From positions 37,324,001 through 37,388,000 of the forward strand of contig CM097888.1 in the NCBI GenBank assembly GCA_044892525.1: 64,000 bases of DNA, read 5' to 3'. The stretch's first letter is position 1; each line of letters starts with the position of its first letter. Of the stretch, positions 50,501 through 62,275 are shown piece by piece. Origin of the DNA: Schmidtea polychroa (lineage: Eukaryota). Made by a program: the position numbers and the translations under genes. The notes under the pieces are model-generated. The model saw only the letters and a program-made list of their open reading frames with translations. It was not told the origin of the DNA and did no database searches.

Positions 50501-53310
50501 ATTTTCAATAAAAATTATTGATTAATTTGAAATTAAAAATTCCCAAGTGCAAGTAAATTAATTTCAGTTTATTTAACCCTTTGAACCCGGGATATAATAA
50601 TGTTTTTTGTTTTGTTTTATTATTCAAATACAGTTTTAGTATGACTTTTTACATTTAAATCTAGAATTACAATATGGCATCAAGATTACCAATACTGGAC
50701 CTATCAGATGGAGAATTTACAATCATTTGAATATTTTTATTCAAGGCTCAAGCACGTCCAAAAAAGTAGGAGGACACCACTACTCGAAGAGAAATGATAG
50801 ATAATTTTATCGCAATATGTGGATAATTGGTGGATAATCGGTGGATAATGTAGCATTCAACAAGTGAAGAAATTATCAAATATTTAAAACCTCACAGAAA
50901 ACTCATCGTTGCTGAGCGTACCAATTTCTATGACTAAAAGCAAAAACTTGGTGAAACTGTAACAGAATTTGCATCTTGTTTAAAACAATATTGTGATTTT
51001 GATAATCTAGAATGACAATATATAATAAGAATTTAGTTTATGAAAAAAAAATAGAACTAAAATTATGTCGGGAAAGATTGTATTTCATAAATAATAATAA
51101 GATCCCATTTGTATTTGAAATAAAATATGGCAAGTTAGAAATTATAGAAGCAATGATCAAATTGCATCAAAATGTGAATGGTGTTTTTGAAAAATATATT
51201 ACACTTGATATGTTTTTCTAGATGAGCCAGTTAATTAAAATAACGATAAAGAATATTTTGTGTGGGTATTAATTAAATGCGACGATATTCGAGTATGATT
51301 GGTTGTATTATTTACAGATGTACTGTTGGCACCGGGATGCAAAGAAAATGCCAATAAAATTATATAATTTTTGCAGTAAATGAAAAAAACTATAGAGATA
51401 CGAGATTAGGAAGATATTTCAACGGAGTTTTGAAAATCTGGATTATTTAATCGAATGTCATAATCGGATACATTATTTAAGAACTTTAACACTGAGTGAC
51501 CATTATGGGCAAGATAATGGTACCCGAATTCGATAACTATGAAGTTAATGTCAGAATTATAAAGAATTTCCAAAAAAGGAAAGGTGAAAATCTAGCGAAT
51601 ATCAAGTCGGAAATTGCGGTGCTTGTTTGTCAAGGCTTGGCTCACAGCTGGGTAAATAATAAGAGCAATAACTGAAGGTTATATGACATGCCCGAGGAAC
51701 CCGACAGAGATTAGAATTTCGATGTTGCTGCTGGCCGCACACTTAAGGTATACTCAGCCTAGTGTGAAAACCGCTTTACTGTGTTCTTTTATCGCAATCA
51801 CACTCACACAAGTGTTTATTTATTTTTTTGAAAAATGTATTACCTTTAAAGTAAATCAATCCATGCTGAAGTCCTAAGTCATAAGCTGTCAGAAATATAT
51901 ATGAAGGACTATCCTATAGCTACTAGGAAACATGTCAGAAGACCTATCAATGAATTCTAAAACCAAAAGTGACACAACATGATTGCTTTCAAGCATATGA
52001 AATTTTAACTTTATAGTTTTACTGGAATTCTGTACCACTATTCCCGGCTAAAATTAACCGAACCCGATAAAAGGTTACAGGGTCCTATGATGAATTTTGG
52101 AGAAGCAGCAGCTGATTTTGAATTCCTAAAGCAAGAAATAATAACAATTCGCAGCGTTTTGAGTGAAAATACTGCAAAAATCTTCAAAGTTAAATGCACA
52201 GCTTTGGGAATTGAAATTGAAAGAAGATGTCCAGAGAACACGCAATGTGTGTCATGAAAAGTGTAATATTCCGTTTTCATCAAAAGATATCTTGATTTTT
52301 GAGAATAAAGAACTTAGATATAAAATTTGGATTCTTACTAGATATAAAAATCCTTCCTTCTGAAAAGGGTAATGAGAAATTGCGTTAAAGTTGCATAAAA
52401 TTTTGATTGTTTTGATTGATTGACGTCAATGGCGAAGAATTAATAACGGAGATTGAAAATTGAAAAATGTTGCTTAAGAAGCGAATTGAAAATTTAACAA
52501 GCACACAGAAATATAACGTATTTCCGAATTTATGCATTTCTCCTGAATATTTTCTTTAAGTATTTTAACTGTTAGCGGTCTTTCAACAAATTAAAACTTA
52601 TTTTATCATATTTGCGTACATTCAATGGGACAAGACCGTCTTAGCAATTTGGCACTTTTCAGCATTGAAAAGGTAAATTTTAAGAAGATTTATTTTGATG
52701 ACAACATTGACCAATTTGCTAGGGGAAGTCAAGGAAAATCTATAGATAGAATTGTATAAACATAATAGACACTTTATAATTATTGGTTTTTCATTTAAAA
52801 TATCATGATTACAATCATATAAGATTAAATATTAATACGAATGTTACAGAAAGTAACTATTTTAAGTTGTGATTTTGAATTTCATTTATAATCATTTAAA
52901 TTTATTTCATATATTTGAAAGTTATTGAATAATAACGGTAACGGCATCTGTGTTTCGTCCACGAGTACACAATATCATAGGAACGCCACTTACCATTACG
53001 GAAAAAAATTAAATTTGTTAAAATTGATAAACTCAGATTTAAATAATCTTTTTCAAAATAATTTAATTATTAATTTTTAATAATTAACTTACATTGGTAA
53101 AGAAGCTCGTAACAGTTTAAAAAGTTGACAAATCAGCATTTCTACTTCATTTTGACTATTTATGTAATTAATTGTCAATTCTTTGTTTTTTCGTAAATCT
53201 TCAATCAAGTCGGCAATAGCTGTAACTGCTTCATCTTCAGGTTTATGAAGTTTCTTAATATAGTCAGACACTAAATATTTCAAATGACAAGCGTTTGTTT
53301 TTAATGCCAT
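23533..53310 (-). CDS. Multi-exon gene: N-terminal ARM-like helical repeats, three FN3 domains, low-complexity Ser-rich tail
   Basis: Exons read by eye: 53093-53310, ~50257-50490, 50079-50212, 49914-50014, 49224-49318, 48191-48387, 43171-43276, 39342-39437, 38111-38251 (runs into a gap), 37025-37141, 29475-29541, 28239-28438, 27235-27304, 24779-25169, 23533-23785. ARM-like motifs GNTAFILGTLAE, SNAALIIAR, MNAAFGLGRIFD, KNSCFCLSS. FN3 motifs VHVSWDLP, PSEPKNLRIL..IKIGWDEP..NG, LTWNPPEAPMG..YSG..ISNLKSDNEYAFSVVVVT. Some linking exons were not found. Confidence 0.75.
25922..26359. mobile_element. hAT MITE (spans a gap)
   Basis: TIR caggggt(c/t)tcaaac matches 13/14; perfect TSD atttataa; gcggcccgc subterminal motifs. 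Confidence 0.9.
26429..26938. mobile_element. MULE-like MITE
   Basis: Inverted 24-mer agtttatcgaaaacgagtttatcg near both ends; 10-bp direct repeat atcgcaaata at 26419-26428 and 26939-26948. Confidence 0.75.
30071..30273. mobile_element. pogo/Tc2-like MITE
   Basis: Perfect 21-bp TIR ccgtatatttcggcgtataag; TA TSD. It sits inside a probable MULE-like MITE ~29622-30329 flanked by aaagtatca. Confidence 0.9.
31700..31990 (-). pseudogene. hAT transposase C-terminal relic
   Basis: TNATVERVFSI...EKSRLKIETL after a frameshift. Confidence 0.55.
32950..33100 (+). pseudogene. Ty3/gypsy integrase C-terminal (GPY/F-like) relic
   Basis: RTFIKGDIVLMRK...FESP*GI...RNYEI. Confidence 0.5.
34669..34777. repeat. 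Fold-back palindrome, same family as 16980-17074
   Basis: gcttgaagactatgaatcagtaaatat ... atatttactgattcctagtcttcaagc. Confidence 0.8.
35691..35928 (+). repeat. Degenerate 30-bp tandem repeat (8 units) reading as a 10-aa repeat
   Basis: IIDAIECKEF / IIDVIECKEI / INDGFECKEL / INDVIKLKEI / MNEGLEYQD; a frameshift in unit 5 and a stop in unit 7. Confidence 0.8.
38380..38457. repeat. Fold-back palindrome abutting a gap
   Basis: Arms 38380-38413 and 38425-38457 differ by one mismatch and one indel. Confidence 0.85.
38665..38703 (+). ncRNA. Degenerate minimal hammerhead-like motif
   Basis: CAC-CTGATGG-T-GACAG(GAAAA)CTGTC-GAAA-T(AT)A-TC-GTG: 5-bp stem II, GAAA, palindromic stem III and AUC triplet; A9 is changed to G and stem I is only 3 bp. 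Confidence 0.55.
39647..40407 (+). mobile_element. Internally deleted hAT element
   Basis: Ends cagaggtg / gcttctg; 7/8 TSD attgtgga / attgtgaa; FSKLKLILSYLR..RQDRLCNLALLSI motif. Confidence 0.8.
42654..42897. mobile_element. piggyBac-type MITE
   Basis: Perfect 16-bp TIR cccttaaatgcatgat; TTAA on both sides. Confidence 0.9.
42902..43082 (+). mobile_element. DINE-1/Helentron-like non-autonomous element fragment
   Basis: 15-bp inverted repeat ctttccgtgatcgga / tccgatcacggaaag, an aaatttcagctcaatccg motif and a catacaaa microsatellite near the 3' end. Confidence 0.5.
43780..44360 (+). pseudogene. mariner (DD34D) transposase relic
   Basis: LHVNAPIHT...VLPHPLYSQDLAPSHFYFFDHLK resembles HDNARPH...LPHPPYSPDLAPSDF.LF..LK. 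Confidence 0.8.
44894..45456 (+). mobile_element. Tigger1-like (pogo) non-autonomous element
   Basis: ta|caggtatactcgg...ggttccagaccaccgc...gagtcac start and ataaaacgaggcatacctg|ta end; TA TSD. Confidence 0.75.
47874..47920 (+). ncRNA. More decayed copy of the 38665 hammerhead-like motif
   Basis: tttctac-ctaatcat-ggcag(tgaac)ctgtc-gaaa-tatatt-gtataag: stems retained, core mutated. Confidence 0.4.
50670..51010 (+). pseudogene. Ty3/gypsy gag relic
   Basis: RKLIVAERTNFYD*KQKLGETVTEFASCLKQYCDF resembles gag (ERFRF...Q..GESV.EF..L...C.F). Confidence 0.6.
51900..52990 (+). pseudogene. hAT transposase relic with one terminus
   Basis: RSFNKLKLILSYLRT..GQDRLSNLALFSIEK at ~52575-52675; gaacgccact end at 52981-52990. 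Confidence 0.65.
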
Positions 53311-53638
53311 TCATTTCATTATACAATACATATTTATTAAATTATATTAATAAGAAATGAAAGCAGCAGCTGATTTTTATATTTCAAATATTCCTAAGGA
53401 CGTTTTGTTACTATATTTATATGTAAATACTTTAGATAAACAAGTTTAAGTTTCAAAAACAAAGTTCCAGTTGGTTATCAATTTTTATAATATATAATTC
53501 ATGAAAGTTTTTAAAATATTATTAATAGTTTCTTCAGAAATAACCATCTAAAATTTAGAGAAATTTTCAAAATTGATTGTCATAACAGATTGAATAAAGT
53601 TAAAGATTTAAACCTTTCAATTTCGGATAGATTTAAAT

Positions 53639-56600
53639 GGCTCCTAATTAAATGCAAACTAAATAATCCCATTTTGCACACTAAAAAATTAACATTTGCT
53701 AACTACACCTAACCGCGAAATATAACATTATCTATAATCTAAAAAAAAATCAATAAATATATATTATAGGAACACACAAACTTATCTGTGTGTAGAAATT
53801 TAATGCTGCGAAATTGAACATATTTATTATAGGAATCTAAAAAGTGAGAGAAAATAATTAAGCATACAAACACAGCATACATAATGAAAAATACATACAA
53901 AATTAAGTAAAGTGTTTTTCATGCTAAATATAGATTGATTAACATATAATTAACATATCAATATTTTCAAATTATTTAAAAAGTTATGTACAAAAAAACT
54001 TTTGAATCAGATTCTGACTGCTCTACTTTGAGCTTTAGGGAAAAAGAAGTAAATACATCGTAAGATTTAATTATAAAATAATTTAGAATATAAAATTTCT
54101 TTAGATTTACAGATATTGAAGAAGATCCTTCGACATCTTTGAATTTGCAGGGAAAAAATCGCAAATCGTAAATTTTAATAAATTATTTTAACAAATTAAT
54201 ATTTTCATAGAATTACAGAAATAGACAAAATTCGAAAGAAGATTACAAAGACTTAAAAAATATTTTATCCATTCTTTACTAAATGTCTTTAAAAAATAAA
54301 TGTTTGGTGATTACTTTACTTATTTATAATTATAAAAATATCTAACTTACATTTTTACGAAATAAATCCAAATAAATCCAAATAAAATACCATAAAATTC
54401 CTAAAAAAAACACCTGAAATTTATTTATCAATGTTATATATTATCAATATTATAAATGCTGACTAACAGTAATATTTAAGAACTTGAATAATGATCTCAT
54501 AATTATATAAAATCAAAATTCAAGTCCTAAAAATTACTTTAATTCAAAAACTTACCTTAAAACGATTTTCGAAAAATTGAAAAAATGAAATTAAGTTAAC
54601 ATTGTCATATAATTGGTGACTCACCTCAGGTGGTGTGCACACCAACGTATATTATAGACAATGTTAACTTTCGCGGTTAGGTGTATTTTTGAAAACTAAA
54701 AAAATGATTTTTGCACACTATTAAATACTTATTTGCTAACTATATTTTGCAAACTAAAAAAATGATTTTTGCACACTATAAAATCGATATTTGCTAACTA
54801 TGTTCTGCAAACTAAAAAATAAATATTTGCACACTATTTTCAAAAATATTTATACATTATAAAATAAAAATTTCAGATATATTTCAATGAATAAAAAAGC
54901 ATAGAGATTACAATTTATTGTGAATGCTTAAATACAACAATTTATAGACATTTAAAAAATGGTTTAACAAAATGTTTTGTATGATGGCTGCATTTTATTT
55001 GCACTAGATATAATAAATTTTTAGTTCTACTGCAACAGCAATGCTTTTCTTGCTTTTGCAGGGCGACCTCTCTTTCTTTTGGTTCCAATTGGAACATTTT
55101 CGCTTCGGTTGGAGGGGCTACAAGCTTTAGTCGAATAGCTAATCCAACAATGTGTTTGCAAAGCATTTTTTTAAAAAAAGAAGGGCAGTTACAGTCTCCG
55201 TTAATCCAGTCATTTTGATCCTTTGGTAAAATAGTAGTCCATGAAAGAAATGCATTAATTTTAAACTCATCAAACGTTTCCCAGTTGTCAATTCCATCGT
55301 AGGTTTCTGTCAAATCTTTTGCAGCAATTTTGTAAACAACACCACTCTCTGTTGATTCTGGAGAAATGGTTTTCTTCAACTTTGCCCACTGGTATGAGCT
55401 AGTCCAAAGTTCCAAGTCAATTTCTGGTTCGGTTTTGATGACTTTAATTCCAGATTCGTAATTGTTGGACCACCTTTCAATCCAATCAACCAATCCAACA
55501 GTAAATTTTGATAGTGAGACTCGCTCTCTCATAGAATCTTCATCTTTCATGACTCGGTTGTATGCCTCAAGGGCATTGTTTGTGCTAGGTGTTAGTTTTT
55601 TGGAACCTTCAAACCAATTTTTATTTGATTTCAGCCATTCAGCTGTGAAGTATTCGACAAATTCCTTGTTTGCCTTCCACTTTTTCAAGAATAAAATTGA
55701 TGCTTTTTCAAAAACTTTTCTGGATTGACTGAGTTGCAAAGAATCAATGTCAGACAAAATTTCCTGTCTTGCATCTTTTGGAATCAAAGAATCCACTTTT
55801 TTCTGAACATTTTTTTTCATATGAGCCCAGTACATAATCACCAATACGTCTTTGCCAAACACTGCTATGAAAGAGTTTTGGATGCTTTTGGATGCATCAG
55901 AAATTAATGTGCTTGGATTGAAGGGAGCATTGAAGATTTTAGGAACTTCATTCTTCAATGCAGTAAACAAAAATTTGAAGTTCTCAGTTTTTTTATCGGT
56001 GCATACTCCAATATCAAAACAATGAAACTGGCGATTGCGATCTGTTGTACCAATAACAAGAACAGGGAAGCCTTGCCATACAAGTTTGTATGTAGCATCT
56101 GCATGAATGTTGTCAGCGTTTAAAGCCATTTTCAACATTGTTTTGGATGAAATGAAGTACCGGAAATATCCAGTGTCCTCATATTTAATTTCATATGCAA
56201 CAACAAATGCTTTGTTATCTGCTTCTGGAACAGCTGAATGAATTTGCAACCACTGATTTAATTCTCCAAGGCTAATGATGTTGGCACCATATTTGGACTT
56301 TCTCAAGGATGCCAGATGATTATTCAGTTGTGTTTGACTCGGTAGGGGTAATTTTTCGTTAGACAAATGTTCTAACATTGCTTTTGGTTTCAATTTTAAA
56401 GCAAACAATTTGTCAATTTCAGCTTTGGCGGTATCTGTCATTGTTGTTCTTGTTTTGATGTTGTCACAATCATGTGCATGTCCTGATCTGTATAGAACAA
56501 CATAACTAGTGCTGGACTCGTACCACAAGTAAACTGAGGCTGAACCTCCTTTTCCCCTCTTTAGTTTTATTTGTCCGAAAACAAAACCACACTTTTTCGT

Positions 56601-57002
56601 TTTTTACAAAATCCTCAGCTTCATTTGAACTTGCAAATGCATTTGCTCTTTTCCAGTCTTTGCAAATTTTTTTCCTTCGAGTTTCAAGTTTTAAAACGTG
56701 TTCTTCATCTTCATTTCCTGAAGAACAGTATTCTGGAACAAAGTCAAACTCTGAATTTTTTTTAAATTCCACCATTGCTATAACGACAAAGAAGTATTTA
56801 TTATGAATAAAACAAACATAGTTAGAAAATAATTTATTTATAGTTAGCATTACTATAGTTAGCTTTTATTTATTATAGTTTGCATTTATTATTTATAGTT
56901 AGCATTTATTATTTATAGTTATTTATAGTTAGCATTTATTATTTATAGTTAGCATTTATAGTGTGCAAATACATTAAGATAGTGTGCATTTAAATTGTAG
57001 CG
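53639..57002 (-). mobile_element. Full-length MULE (Mutator) transposon with a frameshifted transposase (56506-56850 plus 54942-56528)
   Basis: 9-bp TSD gatttaaat at 53630-53638 and 57003-57011; related ends ggctcctaattaaatgcaaacta / cgctacaatttaaatgcacacta; subterminal tttgcacacta and tgctaacta arrays; DDE motifs HADATYK, LISDASKSI and NNALE; SWIM finger CNCPSFFKKMLCKH. Confidence 0.92.
53706..54683. mobile_element. TA-TSD element nested in the MULE subterminal repeats
   Basis: ~33-bp imperfect TIR cacctaaccgcgaaa...; TA on both sides; removing it restores a MULE repeat unit (tttgctaac-ta-tttttg.aaactaaaaaaatg). Confidence 0.85.
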
Positions 57003-57209
57003 GATTTAAATCAAGAAAGACCATTAATTTTTTTCTGGTATAAGCAATTTTCTTGAAAATCTTTTAATTGGTTTAAGTTAACACTTCGTCAAACTTCATA
57101 AAGATTGTCAATAAATTTAAATTATATTTTAACCGTTTGCGAATGGTAGGCCAGCAGTACTGGCTTTAAATTGCTTATACGGTTGCCAGCAATTTTGGCC
57201 ACAAATTAG

Positions 57210-59775
57210 TAGGGAATGAAATACAGACGGAAATTTCAATACAAGTTTTTCGGTATTTCAAAATGATAATACCGGGATATCCATATTAAAATTGATTTTC
57301 AAAAAAATAATTTTTTAAAAATTTCAGTGTTAAATTTATTCAATGAATTTTTAATCAACATAAAAAAAGTTTTACATAATTCACAAAATAAAAATAAAAT
57401 AAACACAAAGTAATATGAAATAAACAAATTAAACATAAAATTCATAATGCATAAATAACATAAAAATCAGGAAGATTTACTGCTTCCTTTAAAATGTCCT
57501 TTTAAAAAACAGAGAGCGTCAAGAGTTTTATCACCCAGTCTGCATCGAAATTTGTTAAAAATTACACCAGCAGCAGAAAAAGCTCTTTTACATTCAACAC
57601 TGGTTGGACGAATAGTTAAAAGTAGAAAGTAGAAATTTGTTCTAAATATTTTCCCCGCACGCCCTCTTCATCAAATAGACTTATTTATTTTTTTAAACAC
57701 TTTGGTAAATCACCAGCACGTTCTGTTTTTTTCCTGATTAATAATTTTTTTGTTTAAAAAAATTGATTCGTCCAGCTTTTCCTTCAATGAACTTTCTGAT
57801 TTATCGACGTCGGAATCAAAAATTTCATTTGATTGCTCTAGTAGAGTTGTATTTTGATTCCAAGGATCTATTTGATTAACAATATCCAACAGTGATTTAA
57901 GAATTGTTGATTTCGATATACGAGGAAAATTGAAATTTCGGTTGATGATTTGACTAGAATCTGTGTAACCTTTATGTAGATAGCCAATTACATCAGACAG
58001 CTCCGCTCTTCTTTCAAATACGCGTTTCATCAAGGCACTTCGATATTCTGTGCTCAGTGATGACTTTATTTCACTAAGACTATCAACCATAAATTTAAAT
58101 GTCGTATCTGCGGAAAGTAAGTTGGCATCTTAAAGACATAATGGCTCAACTACTAGCTTTACTGGCAATAGCGTGGACACTGTTAAGGAAACTCTTTCAA
58201 AATCAGCATCAGTAAACTTTTATTTAAATTTAAATCTATAGATGATTTTTTTATGCTTGATTTTAATTGGTAAAAACGTTTGAGCATTACTATTAAGCTA
58301 TTCCATCTAGTTTTTGATTCCAGGATTAAGCAATATTCCTTACCGAATTCAACAGTTGCATAATCTTGTAGTACCTGATTTTGTGTTGGTGAACGTTTAA
58401 ATGCTTTCACAATTTTCCGAACTTTTTATATAAGCTGATCGAGCTGATTATGGTTCAAGTCAATATCTCGTTCTGTCCCTGTACATTGTATTCCATTACT
58501 AAGCCATCCTCATAGTCATTTCCTTCGTTGGCATCGTAATTATTGCCTTTTTCAGTTTCAGAATCTAAATCCATGTAAATTGACTCATTCGGACTATTGT
58601 TTGTATCTTTGGTTGTACTTGTTTTATATAGAACATCGACGACTGCAAGTTGTATCGCATGAGCCAAACATAATTGCTGAGCAGCCGGTACTAATTTGAC
58701 TACTTTTTTGCATAACTGCTGCACCATCATTTATTAAACAAATGATATTCTTCTCTAAAGACAAACAATAATGATTCAATTTATCACTCAAAAGCTCAAC
58801 ACATTTTACTGCAGGTAAACTTCCATTGATGCGTAGAAGTCCTAAATTCCAAAAACAATTTTCCGAATAAAGGTTAATATTTATGTATCGACGATTTCTT
58901 AGAAAGGTCCACTCATCGAAAGTAATACTAAAACCCTTGCCATTTAATTTACGATCAGATATTTCATTAATTAATAATTGACGAATTTTTTCTAAGATCG
59001 TCAGATGTGATAAATACCTGAATATTAAACCATCACGCTCTGCCATTTTTGCTAGTACCGCCGCTAGTGAGTCATACTTAGTATTTCTGAAATATTTTGT
59101 AATTTAGGTTAGAGGATTCACTTTATCACATTGGGAGCTAGATCCAGCTACAGGTTCAGCCCCAGCATGCTTCCGTAAATTTATTTCATGTTTTGTCTTA
59201 TGTTTGGAGGCCGCTTTTTGAGTCCCTTCCGTTTTTTATAAAATTAGCACACTTGTATTTTGCATAGTTTCCTTTTTCTTCTTTTAGAAAGTAAAACCAG
59301 ATAGAATTTTCATCTCCACCTTTTGAAAGTTGAACAAATTTCATATTCTCCATATTCTAAAATATTTCATTGTAATGAATAAAATATGTCATACATTTAT
59401 ATTTAATAAAATATCAAACTTTGGATTTAACATAAATAAACTTACCAAAATTAATTAATAATTGTCATAAAAATTTTGCTGTACCTACTACGTTATATTT
59501 TCTACGATTTAAATAATTCTGATACAAATTACTACAACTTACTCTGATACAACAAAACTGGTGCTTGTTTATTAATTCACACTAAAAAATTTATGTGGTG
59601 TGCAGTTTATTGGGGGTGCCCCGATTTTGAAGTGATTTCGTGTAAATAGAACGGTATTTATTTGTTAAAATAAAAATTCTAGTTTATATAGCTGTAAAAT
59701 GCATATTTTGTTGTTTAAAATAATATTTTAATTCAATACCAAAAAAAGACCGATATCCCGGTATTGCATTCCCTA
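57210..59775 (-). mobile_element. Full-length decayed hAT element (BED finger plus transposase)
   Basis: TIR tagggaatg(a/c)aatac matches 14/15; fragments SITFDEWT, INDGAAVM, CLAHAIQLAV, KTRWNS and PTSVECKRAFSAAG with several frameshifts; TSD poorly preserved. Confidence 0.88.
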
Positions 59776-60772
59776 GCTCTTAGTTTCCTATAAATATTTT
59801 TCGATTTTTGATGTTGATTTGAAGTATATTGTATTATACACACAAGATGAAGCATCATAGGTTGGTGAAAATGTGTTCGGTTTCTTTGGCTGTCATGCTG
59901 CATAACATTACCACTCTTTATTCTGAAACTTTTGTTGATCACTCTATATCCCTTGTGGATTTGAAAAATCAAGTAGTATTAACCTCTATTCAATGAATAT
60001 TTTCTAACTTATCCTTATTGTATTACTGTGTAATGTGTCCTCCATCCTTTTTCTAATTCTCCATGTTAAATCAATATTGATTTATTGTCTAATTCAGGGA
60101 AATTTTATAGGATTTTATTTGAAAAGTTGATGCATAATATACAAATAAAATGGTGGAAGTTGAATTATTATTATTATTACGTAGATGCATTATTACGTAG
60201 CTTTAATTAGTTTATCAAAACCCTGTTATAAAAGAATTTTTTAGAATTCCCAAAAATTTCGTTACAGCCAAGTTTTACTGCATAATGTTAATATGTTTGT
60301 GAAGAGACACATTTGTAACAAATTGGATTATACAAAACAAATATCTATTATATAGATCTTAAAAGGATAATATATAAAAACGGAGTATTACTAATTATTT
60401 GTGTAATATTTAGTTATCATTCTTCCTTACAATGTTAATTATATTATATCCTGTTAGATATATTTTATGTTGTATTGTATTATGTTGTATTGTATCATGT
60501 TATATTACGCCATGTTATATTAGATAATATCATATTCCTAACGTGATATCTATAAACCCAACAGTTCCAATTTGAAAAACCCTTTATTATCACTAAAAAA
60601 GTTTAATAGTCTTAATTATCGAAAAAATTTACTAACAAAAATATATTTTCACAGTTTTTTCGCATCCCTCATAATCGCAATCAAGTGTAAAATTTAGAAA
60701 ACTTTGCGAACAGCACCAATGTAAAAATGTCCACATATCTCAAAATAGCACAAAATAATCGATCAAAACCAA

Positions 60773-61485
60773 TTAGACAATTCCAACGAAACAAGATGTT
60801 ACAGGATCTGAAGTTTCAATTGTCACAATAAAATTACTAAATTGTTCTAAACATTTAATGATTTCAGAACGGCGCTCATTTATTTGAAAATCAATTTCGT
60901 CTAAATGATGCTCTCCGTTGCACAGCGGAATGATTTTTAAAAATAACCGGTAAAGATCCGCATTATAAGAGGAATCGATGTTTAAATCATCATCTGAAAA
61001 TAACATTGGATAAGAAGTCATCAATTGTGTTAAAAGGTTTCCGGTTTCTTCATCAATGGATTTTGATTTCGGAACTGGAAAGTTTTCCAGCTTAGAAAAT
61101 TCAACGGAATCTCTCCTACCGCATGGAGACAGAATGAAATACTTGTGAACTTGGTAAATCATTCGGTTCATTAGTAACCATTCAAACAATTGAGCTCCCA
61201 TTTCTTCGTCAATTGACAGACTGCACAGAATTTTACTATATGAGTAAGAGGTATTTATTTGCAGTAAAACTTTTGGCAGAAATAAGGATGGAAAAGTATC
61301 ATGAAAACTTTCTAGAAATTTCGAATCCAGATTAACATTTATGAATGGTGCAATACAATATATATTGCTATCCTGGACGGGATAACAAATAATGGCTTTA
61401 TTCCACAACACTAGAACAGTTGCCAATTTTAGACAAAAGTTCAACTGCAAACCACTTTTCATTGATGCCATAAAAATTGTGTCTC
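60773..61485 (-). CDS. NPRL3: NPRL3 (GATOR1 subunit) terminal exon; upstream exons not identified in the window
   Basis: KLATVLVLWNKAIICYPVQDSNIYCIAP and GEHHLDEIDFQINERRSEIIKCLEQF...DPV resemble human NPRL3 [28 protein letters not shown] and [26 protein letters not shown]...DPV. Confidence 0.88.
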
Positions 61486-61696
61486 TTATTGATAAATAAT
61501 TAATAAATCTAAAAGTTGTAAATATAAATAACTTGAATACATTATTGTTAATATATTCAAATAAGTTATATAAGAATTTTAATCAACATCATTACATTTG
61601 ATTTATTGTTTTTCTATATCGAAAGATGAATAATTTATTCAATTTGAAAGAGTAGTTCTCTTGAAATAGTTATTTACTTTAGAAAAATTTTAATAA

Positions 61697-61797
61697 AATT
61701 AAAGATATCCCTCTTAATCGTAGAGGTACCATTCAAATTTTGTCGTGTTCGATTGGTGTCCCAAAATCGACAGTATTCCGAAGATTTAAAGATGGTA
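61697..61797 (+). pseudogene. Short mariner-like HTH relic
   Basis: IKDIPLNRRGTIQILSCSIGVPKSTVFRRFKDG resembles the HTH of DD39D-type elements. Confidence 0.45.
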
Positions 61798-62275
61798 CAC
61801 ACTGATATAAATAACCAGGCCCGTCTTCAATGTTGTTTGTCTTAAGTAAATCTGGGTGGTTATTTTGAATATTTATATGACTATGTATTTATATAGATGA
61901 AAAATGGATTTTATTAAATATATACCGATCGTCAAATGATTTAGCAAAATTTACTTTTTTGGATTTACATTTGTAAATAAATTTTAAATTAAGTAATAGG
62001 TAGATGTGAGCCCCTTACGCCGCCATTAGTTACCGCGCAATGATTAGCAACAGAGGCCCCTATCCCTACTCCTTTCAAAGTTTTTATTTTTATTGATTTT
62101 GAAGTGCAAAATTTTCAAAATAGAAATTCAGGTATTGATTTAAATGTGTAAATATTGATTTAAAAGTGAATAATTAATTTAATTTCTTTCTTTAAATAAT
62201 ATTTAAACTTTTGTAAGTTTTAGCAATTAATATTTTCTTAAGGAAATATGTAAGTAAAGTTGTTTGATTATTAAA

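Noticed and set aside
55462-55907. Plus-strand ORFs 55462-55728 and 55725-55907, and similar shadows at 2746, 13709 and 14146
   Set aside because: Antisense shadows of transposase frames.
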